Shown in pieces: positions 13,280-26,200 of a stretch of 64,000 nt of DNA. The position numbers and the translations under genes are program-made. Position 1 is the first letter of the stretch; every line of letters begins with the position of its first letter. The DNA comes from Podarcis pityusensis (lineage: Eukaryota): assembly GCA_964106645.2 (NCBI GenBank), contig OZ067047.1; one strand, given 5' to 3'. The notes beneath the pieces were generated by a model. It ran no database searches and had not been told where the DNA came from. It saw only the letters and a program-made list of their open reading frames with translations.

Positions 13280-13436
13280 CTTGCATCATACTCCTGTAGG
13301 CAGTGTCTGTAATAGCGTATATGTGAGGGGGCATCTCATGTCTCTTTTTGCCTTTGTACATATCCACAATTTCTTCTGAGTAGATAGGCAGGTTCTTGTA
13401 GGGATTTATGACAACACAGAACAGGCCTGAGTAGGT
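13280..13436 (-). CDS. MYH9: MYH9 exon 3 (157 nt, [17 protein letters not shown]...AYRSMMQ)
   Basis: ttttgcag|ACC ... CAAG|gtaggt; myosin motor sequence. Confidence 0.98.
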
Positions 13437-14839
13437 CTGCAAAATGGAATTTAAGAAGAATTTAGAAGCATTCATGGTTTTACAGTTTTATCGGCTCCAC
13501 ATAACCCGCCTCCCATCCCCCCAACTCACAAGAGTGGTAACAAGAATAGCATACTGAAAATTTACTTGGGCTGCCATAATTGCCTTCCATTACCAGAGAT
13601 TTTGAACTAACAATCACATCTGTCATTTACTTTGAATATGGCTATTCATCTTTGATGACTGAAACATGCATTTTACTTTGCATTATTATTCACTGTTTAT
13701 AAGCTCTACAGTACACAAAAATGAGTGGCATTTTAGCAAAACTTAGGCAATAGGTATCTTTCGACACTAGCTCAGTGCCAGCATGGAGCAGAACAAAAGA
13801 CTCACATATATTAACAAAGCTCTATCTCAGAGTTGTACATATCCTGCACCAGATTTTTAAATCCATTCTATTGCCTACATGTTATGTGCAAACTTGTGCA
13901 TACTTAATTTTGCTAGCCACAGAATTTGTGGGGGTGGCAGAGATGAGAACCTACAGCTACCACTAAAGTCCAAGCAATACTTGCATTCAGGATTTAATGA
14001 AGCATTGCCCACACATTTCCAAGCCTCTCTAAAGTCTTACAACTAAAACTTTTTTAAAACGTTAAAGCACCTGAGAAAGCAGGTGCATTTCACCTCCTCC
14101 AAGTAAAAGGCTGGAAAAACACCTAGTATGGGTAGAAGTAAACTGCAAAAACACTTGAAGATCCAGCATTCACTGGTTATCACTGATGCATTTACATGTC
14201 AAGCCAGTGTTACACATATGGCCAAAATTTAAATGCTAACTTATAAGCTACAAAACTGAATTTTAAAAATCCTGATGCAGTTAGAACAGACTTCCTTTTT
14301 TATTCCACTTAATGCATATGAATGTTCATTCACTCTAAGAGGCCAAGGCAGCATTCAGTGCAGAAAGAACATATAGAAGTAACCACCGCCTGTGCACAAC
14401 TCTATAGAATGCTTATTATTAGTTAACCCAGATTTAAAAGGCTTTGTGAGAAGTTGCCAACTATTTCCCTCAATATCCAAAGCAGAAATATGTCAGGAAA
14501 TGCGGGGGAGGGAGGGGACAATGCTATCCGGTTTGCAGTGGCACCATTACAAAAGGTTCCCCAAGACTGCCAGTAGGAAGAGTTGAATTCCTCTTCGTGT
14601 GCTTGTTTCCCCAAGGTTGTAAGTGCAAAAACGTTTTGGCTGGCCACAGTTATAATACACTAATCCTGCCCCTACCACCTCAGAGGGATGAGAGCTCATC
14701 CCAGACATTGTATGGCATCCAAGATGTCTGGAAGCAGCAACACTTCTCAGTGCTTCCAACCGCAGCGAGACACCAGAGATGAGCTCCTGTTCCTCTCAAC
14801 GTCTGTACCCACCAGGTTAGGATACTCTGCTGCAAAGTA

Positions 14840-15098
14840 CCATATTTTTTGCTCTATAAGACTCACTTTTTCCCTCCTAAAAAGTAAGGGGAAATGTGTG
14901 TGCGTCTTATGGAGCGAATGCAGGCTGCACAGCTATCCCAGAAGCCAGAACAGCAAGAGGGATCGCTGCTTTCACTGCGCAGCGATCCCTCTTGCTGTTC
15001 TGGCTTCTGAGATTCAGAATATTTTTTTTCTTGTTTTCCTCCTCCAAAAACTAGGTGCGTCTTGTGGTGTGGTGCGTCTTATAGAGCGAAAAATACGG
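14840..15098. mobile_element. Tc1/mariner (Tc2-like) MITE with internal perfect hairpin
   Basis: TA|CCATATTTTTTGCTCTATAAGAC ... GTCTTATAGAGCGAAAAATACGG|TA; same family as 54629 and 61437. Confidence 0.88.
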
Positions 15099-16384
15099 TA
15101 TATTTGAAGAACTGCCTCCTTCTTGGCCCCCTCTACTAAACTCATGATCCAAGCAAAGTAAAGTAGCCAAGAGGATCAGCCTCCTTGCTGACCTTTCCAG
15201 ATGCAAGTGGGACAGCAAATATGGAAGCAGATGTCCCACTTCACTTAATACTTCTTAATGTTAGAAAGGCAGAATTGTATGCAACCACCATTTTCGGTTG
15301 CATTTCGTCAAGTATAAATGGCCCAGCTAGGAAACAAAGCTATGAGCATGGTCTAAGTGTCAGCAGCCAGCTGCAGCTCTTTGACATGCACAGCTCAAAA
15401 TTGACACTTGGATATTTACAAAGTGAGGAAACTTCTGCAAGAAACAAATATAAGCCTCCCGTTGATAGTGGTCATCATACTGTGGCTTGTATAAAATAGT
15501 CTTTTGATCACAGGGAACAGTAGAGAATACAAAGCAATTACAAAACTAGGAGGAGTTATGCAATTTGCCAACTCTTTGTTCTGTGTTCTTGTTTTAAATG
15601 TTTCTATAAAAAATGAAGCTCTCTAATAAAAATTGGCACCCCAAGGGTGTTCAGGAAATACACATTAATTGCAGTTTAAGCCAAGAGAGCTTGGAAAAAA
15701 ATCAACTGGAAGAGTAACAATTTTATACTAGAAATCTAACTGAACTGGAGATCCAACAGCAAAAGTGTGGAGTAGAACAAATCTGATTTCAAAAAGACTA
15801 GTTATAAGAGGGAGCTTCTCCCAAGTGACAAATGCAAAATTCTTTAACAAATCCATGGAAGACATAGCACTGATCTGAATGGGCCTTGTATCTGTTCAAG
15901 CACCTCAAGGACTCCAACTAAGTCACTTTCTCAGAGGGCTGCACCACAGTAAGAGATTAAAGCTGTTTCTCTTAAAATTGTTGTCCTGAAACAGGCACCT
16001 CTGTCATAGGACACTGAACCAGAGTGTTTTAGTTGCACTTATCCTTGCTGAGTATATCTATCCATTTCCTGTAAATGATCCAAAAGCTGCATTAGCCCAC
16101 AGGAAAAAAATACCAAGTTTACAGGGGTGGGGGCTTAAATATGTAAATTTTCATCAGACTGGCAAGTGTTAAGAATACACTGGGGACTTTAATGTGGAGG
16201 GAAGGGGGGCACCTACCTCAATGACCTGTTTAGCTATTGATTTGTTTTTTACTTGTGGAATCCTGACTGCATTTTTGAATGTAACTGTTAGCTCTATTTT
16301 TTTAACGTTGAGTATATTTTGTTTTGTTGCTGTTTTAATTGTGCACCTCTTGTATTTGATTTTCATTTGTAATGTTTTCTGTTG

Positions 16385-16640
16385 AAGTGCCAAAGGGCCA
16401 CAATGCCTTCTGGGCAACCTTGCAGGGACCACATCCCAGTAGTGGGTGGAGCCAAAAACAAAAGTGGGAAGGCAATGATTCTTTTATTTTAGCTTTGAAC
16501 AATAGGCCAGTTTCTACACACATCCCTCTCTACTATCCATCAATACAAGCAAGAGGCATTATCAGAGTTCAAGGACACCTGCCAAGCAACAACTCTGGAT
16601 GTGAAGCAGAGCCAGTGAAGCTTGTGGCCTGGGAACAGTT
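16385..16640 (+). mobile_element. Degraded DNA-transposon-like repeat (related copy at ~58420-58640 in opposite orientation)
   Basis: Shared AAGCAAGAGGCAT(T/C)ATCA(G/C)AGTTCAAGGACAC motif; boundaries approximate. Confidence 0.55.
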
Positions 16641-17860
16641 TGGAGGCCCACACAGAGGAGCCTGGATGACCAAATTTGCCCCCCAGTCTGAGAATCCCCA
16701 CCTTGAGACATGCTGTAAACCACTTAGAGGTTTTTCTGAAAATATGAATTAGTACAGAAACCATCTAAAATAAAGAAAGGTTGAGCAAAATACTTGCTGG
16801 GGGAGTGGGGAGTAGAGAGATTATGTACAGTACTGCTAAAACCACAAAGTCTGCACACTGTAATAGACTGACTTGCAGACTTCATGAGATTAACCTTTGG
16901 TGACAACAGGTTTCAGGTTGCACCAAGGCTGTTGGAACAAAGCAACATTCAGATACCCCCTTTGCAGGGGAGGGTCTATAATATAAAGTGTAGCTAGATT
17001 AAGTATCACTGGGTAAAAAGCACTGTGACCCAAGGAAATTGCACATGCCACAGAGTCCTCTGTAAATCAGAGTTAACTATCCCAATACCATATTAGTGAG
17101 CGATCATGATAAATGGAAGCAAAAAGGCTTTAAACCTGTACAAATAAATAGCTATATTAGTAGTAAAAAGTTATTTATTGTAGCTGCTTAAAAAAAAATA
17201 AACATTAAAAGGTTCGCTGAAACTGAACTACATAGCCATAGTAGCTAATTAGTGATAATGTAATGTTTTAAAATTATTGCCTAACTAAACCTCAGGAAAG
17301 GCAAAGGAAGAGATGCGTTTTGAGAAGTTCCTTATAAGGCAGAAAGGTTAAGGGTGTATCATATCAGGAGACAGGAAGGAATAGAAAATAAAAATTGGGC
17401 AAACTTGTAAACACATTCCATTTTACAGGATCAGGTCTTTCTAAAAACAGCACATATGCATGTCATTGTAGGCGTATGAATCTCTCCCAGTCAGACATTG
17501 GGGGACTCATTACTACTTCTGAACATTCATTTATTTGGAATGATCTTGGAGTCCATAAGATCACAAGTAACAGAAATAAAAATAAATTTTAAGCAGGTCA
17601 CTGATGAGTGAATGTCATTATCAGGAATATTGTATCTGGGGAACTACTCTGTGGAAATATACTTGTCAGGACCAGTAGCCATGGCAACTCAAGGTATAAA
17701 ATACATCTTAAATCTCAAGGGTTAGATTTCCTTTCCTTAATCATCACCCAGTAAAGATTAGCACAGGCCCAAATGAATTGAAAATTAGAGCACTGACTGA
17801 GTCACTGTTGAACTAAAAAACTGCATACAAAACTTGTAGATTAAGAGACAATTAGTTACC

Positions 17861-18033
17861 ACATAGGAACCTAGGAAGATGCCTTATACCAAGTGAGGCC
17901 ATTGGTCCTTCTAACTCAGCATTTTCTACAGCCACTGGCAGTATTCTTCAGCACTGCTGCCAGGATTCTCTCTCAGCTCTACCTGGGGATTGAACCTGGG
18001 ACCTTCTGCATGCAAAGCAGATATTTTGCCACT
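17861..18033 (-). mobile_element. tRNA-derived squamate SINE (Squam3-like)
   Basis: Minus strand: ...TGCATGCAGAAGGTCCCAGGTTCAATCCCC (B box) with TTCCTATG-type tail. Confidence 0.7.
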
Positions 18034-18157
18034 AATACTTGCTCCATACTTGCTCACACATGATGCTTATTTTCCAAACACACAAAACTATCAAAGGAAA
18101 GAAAATACTCGCATGTTGAGTGGGTCAGAACTGTGATAGAGATACTGGCAAGTATAG

Positions 18158-18504
18158 GTAAAGGGACCCCTGACCACTAGGTCCAGTCGCGGACGACTCT
18201 GGGGTTGCGGTGCTCATCTCGCTTTATTGGCCGAGGGAGCCAGTGTACAGCTTCTGGGTCATGTGGCCAGCATGACTAAGCCGCTTCTGGCGAACCAGAG
18301 CAGCTCACGGAAATGCTGTTTACCTTCCTGCTGGAGCGGTACCTATTTATCTACTTGCATTTTGACATGCTTTCAAACTGCTAGGTGGGCAGGAGCAGGG
18401 ACCAAGCAACGGGAGCTCACCCCGTCACAGGGATTCGAACCACCGACCTTCTGATCGGCAAGTCCTAGGCTCTGTGGTTTAACCCATAGCGCCACCCGCG
18501 TCTC
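18158..18504 (-). mobile_element. Sauria SINE, near full length
   Basis: Head GACGCGGGTGGCGCT...GGTTCGAATCCC, tail GGTCCCTTTAC; perfect 15-bp TSD TACTGGCAAGTATAG (18143-18157, 18505-18519). Confidence 0.93.
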
Positions 18505-19159
18505 TACTGGCAAGTATAGCCTCAGAGAAAAAAAATAGCCTATATATAAACATCCTTAATTGTACACTAGCTTAAAGTCATGGTACAAAAGATCTGTACT
18601 AGCCATCAATGTGAAAAATTGCACATGTCTATTTTACTACATGTACACACTGACAACCTTCATTTTTTTATGTGCTGTAAAGCAAAGAAAGACAGATATG
18701 TGCCATTCCCCATTCCAAAGGGGAGAAACTGTGTAGGCAGACTGCCACATGTGACAAAGACTTCACTGTGCAAAGTCTTACAAGAGTCCATGTATGGGGA
18801 GCACAGAAGGGCTGATCCATGTGACAAGACAGCAACAAACAGCTAAATGGATGTTAGAATGAAACACTTTGAAGGGAACAAATGGAAATCAGTGAAGTCT
18901 GGCAAAATATCCCTTTTACAGAGTCAGGCTCAGCTGCAGCTTATGTATAAAGCAGCAGTGGCATATGCTTTGATCCAATCAGTGCCCTGAATACAGAACT
19001 CAGGACAACACCAATTTCTCTCCTCCTGTATGCTTGGCCACTTGTGAACCATAGCTCTCTGTCAAACTGATTAGTACCCCAAAATTAGATCCACCAAGAC
19101 AACTGCAACCCTCCTCTCAATCTCCTATATGCCAATAAGGCCAGAGTTTTTTTCTGAGA

Positions 19160-19486
19160 CTAGGGCTTGCCGATCAGAAGGCTGGCGGTTCAAATCCCCG
19201 TGACGGAGTGAGCTCCTGTTGTTCAGTCCCAGCTCCTGCCAACCTAGCAGTTCGAAAGTACGTCAAAGTGCAGGTAGATAAATAGGTACTGCTCCGGCGG
19301 GACGGTAAACGGCGTTTCCGTGTGCTGCTCTGGTTCGACAGAAGCAGCTAAGTCATGCTGGCCACATGACCCGGAAGCTGTCTGCGGACAAACGCCGGCT
19401 CCCTCGGCCTATAGAGCAAGATGAGCGCCACAACCCCAGAGTCGCCCGCGACTGGACCTAATGGTCAGGGGTCCCTTTACCTTTAC
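19160..19486 (+). mobile_element. Sauria SINE, 5'-truncated
   Basis: CTAGGGCTTGCCGATCAGAAGG...GGTCCCTTTACCTTTAC; highly similar to the reverse complement of the 18158 copy. Confidence 0.92.
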
Positions 19487-19641
19487 CTAGGTGACAAATG
19501 ACTGCAGTTGTCTCCCAAAAATAAGCACAAGATCTTCAGAAGAGCAAGTGCCTAAAAACCATACACACAGTTGCTACCTCTCTACCCATTATGAGCTGCA
19601 CAGCAGCCCACCCTTATATGCCCTAACACTTTACTACTTTA

Positions 19642-19818
19642 GGGGGGGGAGCTTAGTGGTAGAACAATCACTCTGCATGCAGAAGGTCAATCTCCAGGTA
19701 GGGCTGGGAGAGGCCTCTGCCTGAAACCCTAGGAAGTTGCTGTCAGTAAGTGTAAACAGTACTGAGCTAAATATACGAAGGGTCTGGCACAGCAGAAGTT
19801 AACTTCATATGTCCCTAG
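19642..19818 (+). mobile_element. tRNA-derived squamate SINE (Squam3-like), degraded
   Basis: AGCTTAGTGGTAGAAC...TGCATGCAGAAGGTC...; same family as 17861 and 38961. Confidence 0.65.
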
Positions 19819-21161
19819 GTATCAGCACATTGTATGCATTCTCTGCCACAACTGCTGCAGGCCCCCCTTTTCCAGCTGAGGAATTATCTCTACAGTCTCT
19901 ATTCAGTGCAGCAGATGGAGCAATAATGCCAACAAGTAAACAGTGTCAGCATCTTACCAGTGAACAGAGTCCATGCTAAGTCACGTATGAACAATTGAAT
20001 ATTATTGTTTCCATGGCATCAAGCTCATGAGAGCACTGCTGCCACTTTTGACGAGAGTTGAATTAAAGCTACCTGCTCAGTATATTCTGAACTGAGTTGG
20101 GCCTTACTGTGAAGCGTCCTTCTGGTAGAGCATCAGGCATTGCCTTCAAAAGGAAAAAAATTCTGAGTATGGTGTCGTAGATTTGGAACGCGCCCAAGGA
20201 TGGAGAGCTCACTGCTTCAGTGCATCCCTTGCCTGTATAATCCATTCCTCTACTGGCCAAGAACAGAAATTTGGCCTTACTGTGAAGCATTTTTCTGGTT
20301 AGTGGAGAGTAGGGTGTACAGCCTCAGTACAGAACTGAGGCTATTTTGGGGGGGGGGTGGAAAGGGCTCCTCTTCAGGGGCCCTTAGGCATTTCCTGTTT
20401 ACATGGTAACCCAGCCAGCATAGAGAAGACTATCCATGGCATCTCTCTTACCTGTACTCAATAATGTTTCTTTCATTCTTTTTCTATCCACTATCCAGGA
20501 TACCAAACACTGTTCAAGGTATAGTGCCCAGCCACTCGCTGGTTTTGCTGTGTGACAAACTGGAAATTGGTAGTAGGCTACCTTTCCTTCTTGCTAGCCA
20601 CTAATTGTTTTGGGTTTGCTTGTTGCTGTTTTTAAATACAAGTGCTTTTTGTCTCTGCTTCCAGGAGGAGTTTATCTTTGTCTGCAAGCTCCACTCCTCC
20701 CCTGCCCGAGAATCACCTGTTCACAGAACCACATGTTGGAGGCTTGAAGTGCAACAACTAGGCAATTCGGAGGTTCTTAGTTTTCAGCATTCTGATTGGT
20801 TGAAAGTAGACAACAGTACTTTTTTATATCCCAACTGCCTTATGTGCAGCTGAGCTTTGTTATTTTGCAGTCTTAGTTTTACTGCTCTTTTATACTGAGG
20901 TTCCAGATACAGAAGCAGCAAGCCAGGTGTCTACATGAAGAGTGTGTTCAGCTTGGATCAAACACTGTACATGATTTCTAATATATCTTCCAACACAAAC
21001 ACACAAGAGTCTAGCCACTCCATCACAATGTTCTACAAAAACTCTACTAGGGAAAGTACTGTTTAGTTTAATGAGAATGTAGACAAGGGAAAATTGTATA
21101 AGACTGGGGACATGTAAGATTTAGTTAGATCCTATAACTAGCAGAAAAAGTCATTACTCAC

Positions 21162-21494
21162 GTAGATAAGCCCTGAGTAGTATCGCTCCTTCAGATTGTG
21201 CAACACTGAGGCCTCATTCAGGCAGGTCAGTTCAGCCATATCTTCCACTTTCGAGAACTTGGGTGGGTTCATCTTTTGGATATCATCTTTGTTGACTCTC
21301 ACTTTCTTCCCATTCTCTGCAAGCTCCACAATGGCTTCATCTCCTACTTCTTCCTTCAAGCTAGCAGGCTCAAAACCATTTTTCTCTGATGGGACCCACA
21401 CCAGCTTCTTGGCAGCCCAATCAGCCTGAGCAAGAGGGTTGTTGATGAAGTTTCTATCCACATAGAGGTATTTGTCAGCATCTCTCTGAGCCAT
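21162..21494 (-). CDS. MYH9: MYH9 exon 2 coding part (aa 1-111, N-terminal SH3-like domain); exon starts at 21514 with 20 nt of 5'UTR
   Basis: Acceptor cttttcatag|GTCCC, Kozak ACCACCATGG, 333 nt ending LIY|gtgagt; W33, N93, A95 and S96 conserved. Confidence 0.98.
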
Positions 21495-22926
21495 GGTGGT
21501 TTATAACCAGGGACCTATGAAAAGAAGAAGTTGCAATGTTATTACCTTGCCAACATTTTGACACTACAACCTTTGAGTCACCTGAAATAGGCACCAGTTC
21601 CCTCACCAACACCGATTTCAAATATTTGACCATGTTACTGCTTAAATGCCATGCAATCATTAGAAGTAGGCTCATTTTGTCAGCTTAAACACTCTATAGA
21701 GGCAAGAACACTAGAGATGACTGTATAGATATTTTAGGTCCTTGTAAAGGAGTTCTGAGTAGACAAGGCCATTGACCCCAAGTTGCATGCCTAGATAAAC
21801 TATTCACCTATTGCTTCCCCACAGATTCATTAGCCCCTGTGGGTCACAAATAGGCAGTGACCGGATGCATAAAAGCATCCAATTACTCAAGCAAGCAAGC
21901 TTGAAGGCACACACAAGAAGCTGTCAACTACATATCAACACAATGTGGTAGTGCTACAATTAGCCTCCTCCCCCTAGGCCTTAACTAGACTGGGCGGGGC
22001 AGCTTCCCATAGTCAAAGTGGTTTTCCCCTCAGTTAAAAACAGCTATTTAAAATGGATGGGTCACACCTGAGGAGAATATACATGTTCTACCCCAATGAA
22101 ACTGTAAAATGATATTAAAGTTGTGCCAAATCATAGGAAATATGGAGATGAAAAACTTAGTAAGGTTAATAACTTTTCAGTAGATATGACACAACCCGAT
22201 TTCTTATAAACATTTGGAACAAATGTAAGATATCTGAAGAAATACTGACTAAGTCTACAGTGGTCTACAGTTATTTACAGCAAACTACAGCTATTTACAG
22301 ACTGGCAGCCCTAGCATGGGTAGGTAGGAAAGCAGGTAGTCTTTTCTTCCTGTCTAGAAATTAGAATTCCTTTCTTTGCTATTATGCCTACAAATGATTA
22401 GCTTGGGCCGCCAGCCTCACTCAATCCCTTGTGGCATCTGTTAATAGCCTGAAAGTAAAAGTAAAACCTCCAGGCTGGCAGGAGACTCACCCTGACTAGA
22501 GCAGGCCTGTGAGACTAGAAAAAAGTGGCTGCCAGGTAGCCACTTCTATTTTTCCACAAGGAGAAAAAAACCTCAGAACTACTTTAGGAGTTGAAAGGCA
22601 AAGTAATTTTATACTTGCCACTTTATGTGGCTCACTATGCAACACAAGTGGTCCACTGTATTAGGTATTTCCAAACCTTACAAACTTCCTGTCTCTCTGC
22701 ATTGTGTGTGCATGCATACAGCCGTCAAGAACCAAGCTTTTCAGCCAGCCTTTGCACACCACAGTGTCAATACTGCTGCATGCTGCTAGCCAAAGCTGCC
22801 CATGAAGACATTTAGAATACAAAGTGGGCTCCCTCCAGAGTCAACCAAGTTACAAAATAGTTGGTAAACTGCAGCAAGACTTGTTCAAGGACGTACTGTG
22901 GATATACGTTTCCATTAAGCCTTTCT

Positions 22927-22999
<73 letters not shown>

Positions 23000-23021
23000 G
23001 AAGAAAGGAAAGGAAAGAAAG
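22927..23021 (+). repeat. (GAAA)n/(GGAA)n microsatellite
   Basis: ~95 nt pure purine tetranucleotide repeat. Confidence 0.97.
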
Positions 23022-23145
23022 CCATCATTTTTATGTCACCTTAGTCTCAAAAGCAAGTGTTTAGACAGCTTGCATTCACCTAAATATGCATTTACTTATG
23101 ATTAACCATGCAAACAAGGCACTCTGGATTTTGATAGAAATTGAA

Positions 23146-23221
23146 AACATAAGAGGAGTCTGCTGGATCAGGCCAATCGCCCATCTAGTCCAACATCCTC
23201 TCACAGTGACCAACCAGATGC
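23146..23221 (-). mobile_element. CR1 LINE 3' end fragment
   Basis: Reverse complement of GGACTAGATGGG...GATCCAGCAG...CTTATGTT tail. Confidence 0.65.
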
Positions 23222-26200
23222 AAATTAGAAGTAAGCAAAGAGGGATAATGTGCTGGGGCTATATTTAATGCAAGAAACCAATGTGAAGCTCATACTGGCA
23301 GAATTTGCTGGAGGCATCAAAAAGCAAAAAGTCACATTATGTAAAACCCAATAAAAGCTCTTCAAGCAAACAAGAACTATCCTACAGCCATGTATTTCCA
23401 CTGATACACCATGCTTCATGATGCCTAATCAGAGTGTTAGAGCCAAAAATATGCCACAGGTCTTTGCTAAAATAGGAGAAAACTCTGGTGGTTTAGGTCC
23501 ATAAATTTGTCACTCAGGAGCCAAAGGAAAAGGTGGGGAATAATTCATTGTACTGTATTCAGAATTGTATCAAGGCTGGCAAGGCAACAGCTGTAGTCTA
23601 AACTTCTGCTACACAGCTTCCTGCAATTGCAACTTCCAAGAATCTAACTACTTGCCTTTTTTGGCCATAATTGAGCAAGACACACCAGGAGAATGAGCGT
23701 TTCCAGCTGAATTTGGTTACTTTCAGTTTCATCATTTCCTGAAAACTAACTGAAGAGCTGTATAGTCAGCTTAAAATATTCTTCTATTTCTTTAGGCCCT
23801 TTCTGCTTAGAATACATCTGGCATGGTTTTGTCATTCCTCATGCCTTCAGAGAAAAAGAGTTATTTTGGTTGACAGCCTTTGAGATGCATGACATTCTGG
23901 AAATTTTACTTCCATGTCCTGTGCACAGTCTAAGTCACTAGGTATCTTCAGCAGCAAGGACCTAGCATTGAAATTCAAATCCCATAAGCCCCTGGCAGCT
24001 GTGCCAATGAGCGGGGGCAATGGGAGTTGCAGTCTAACAACATCTAGCAGGCCACAGTTTTTCCACCTTGCCTACCCCAGCAGCACATAAATCTATTTCT
24101 CCCCATCTTAGCAGAGTAGGGGCCCCTGTTGTATTATTATTCACAAAGATGACCAATTACTCTTGAGTTCACTTTTTCCGAGAAGTAATTGGCAAACATT
24201 TCCAATTCATAGTACAAATTATGAAGAATTGGGGGGGGGGCATTCTTACAGCAGTGGAATCATACCAACATATCCATACATTTCACAAACAGGTGTGTGC
24301 CAAACTGTGTGTGCAGTCAGGTATGTGAAAAGCCTTAAGAGTGCACAGAAAATGGGCTCAGGTTCTACTAGAATAGTTTATGAGCTCTGATCCAGGTAAC
24401 TGATCCAATAGCAACCATAATCTTATTAGGGGTTTCTCCGGGAGCCACATCATGTACAGCCATGGGGAATATTAAACATGCTCCTGAGCACACACCAAAT
24501 TCACACAGAAGGTGGCAAGACTGAAAAGACCTAGCCAGCATAAGGAGAGTAGGAACCTTGAAGTGTTTTCAGAATCCGCTTTAGTTCACAGGGCTTCTGT
24601 AAAAAGCAAATCTATATGTTCCTTGGCTGTAGGACATTTGAAAACCAAAAAAGGAACTATTAATGTCTGTCATTGCTAAATGCGAAAAGAAGAGTGTAAA
24701 CAACAGAGTAAGGGTGGGACAATGTCTATAAGATGAACAGCAAGGGACTAAGAAAAGGAAAAATGTTAGGCCTTCCTTAAGTCACACATATGATGATCTA
24801 GTAGAGACTGTAAGCTTTAACAGGAAATAGCAGCAGGCCAGTTGTAGGATGTGAAAAAGCTCACACCACATCCTGACAACAATTATCAGCAGTACACCAA
24901 GTGACACACACTAGTCATCATACACCCTAACTGAACCTATTGCCCCTTTATGCTGTCACAACTATGAGCTCTCTCCTTGGAATAACTTGGATTATGTACT
25001 TGATTTTCTTTCTTTCTTTATGTCCATTTTGTTATTGGTTGTCACCTGTTAAATATATTTTTTAAAAATGCATTATTAAAAACAACTATGTTACCTAATT
25101 TAGTGTTCCATACTTGGCTCAAGTCAGCTCTAGCACAGGTCAGTATTGTCTACTTCCAGAAAAGGTAACTTATTAAACACTGAATGTATGCTGGAAAAAT
25201 GCTGAGAGATCAAAGACTGCACCTTATCGGTATCATTAACATGATCTGCACATCACTTTATCAGCATTATGAGCTGTGAAAAGGTACCACATTTTAACCA
25301 ACTGTTGAATGTTTATCACAGGAAATACTTTTCAACCATTCAAGTCCACTTGAACAGAATTGCTTTTGGGACTCTGCCATTGCTCAACAAGGTCAGTAAA
25401 TTAATATAAAAGACCATAAGCACCAAATATGCTTAACAAACAGGAAATTTGGTCTCAGACTGATGGGGGTATGGTACTTGAAGTTAAAGGGGGTGGAAGA
25501 AGGAATAAACTTCCAAAGCTACAAATAACTGTTCAAGTTCGCGGCACACATTTATTTGTAGCACATCACATTTTCCCCTTCCTCCCTTTCCCCCCCCCCC
25601 CTTGCTAGTGATGCTGCTCCATTTTTATCAATGCAGAACAGATTTTGACCATTTGAGTATTTGGTAGTTAATGTGTTTTTCAGGACTTTTCTTTCAACTT
25701 AAAGCAGCTTTTCCTACCTGATGCCCCCCAGAGGTTTTGGACAAAGATTCTCAACCATGACCATGTTGGAGGGCACTGGGTTGAGGAGTACACTCCCAGC
25801 GCTTTTTTTTTTTTTTTTTAATGGAAGCAAAGTTTCTTAAGATGTTAAAAGTGCACAGGCTCTCCAATGGAGCAGCTGGTGAATCCCCTACTCTAAGCAA
25901 GCATTATCTTACTGGATACCTCCTGCTGTACAATAAGATGATACAAGTTAGTGGAAGCCAACATAAATGTTAAACTGAACAGTAAAACTCAACTAAGAAA
26001 GAAGTCTGGGTCCACTGTGCAGAATCCAGCTTGTTCCTATAACTGATCTGCTAATTACAGATATAGCATCAACATCTGCAGTCATGGCGGAACGCTAAAC
26101 AGCAAGAGTACTGGGCAGGTAGCCACCCCTTTGATGTTGGAAGAGACCATAATGAGATTTGCTGGCGCACATGCAACAGCAGTAGTTTGGGAGAGACACT

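Noticed and set aside
18420-18504. tRNA gene-like A/B boxes (also at 19642, 34920, 45150 and 51800)
   Set aside because: Heads of tRNA-derived SINEs; no complete cloverleaf
22861-23064. KERK-repeat ORF
   Set aside because: Translation of the GAAA microsatellite
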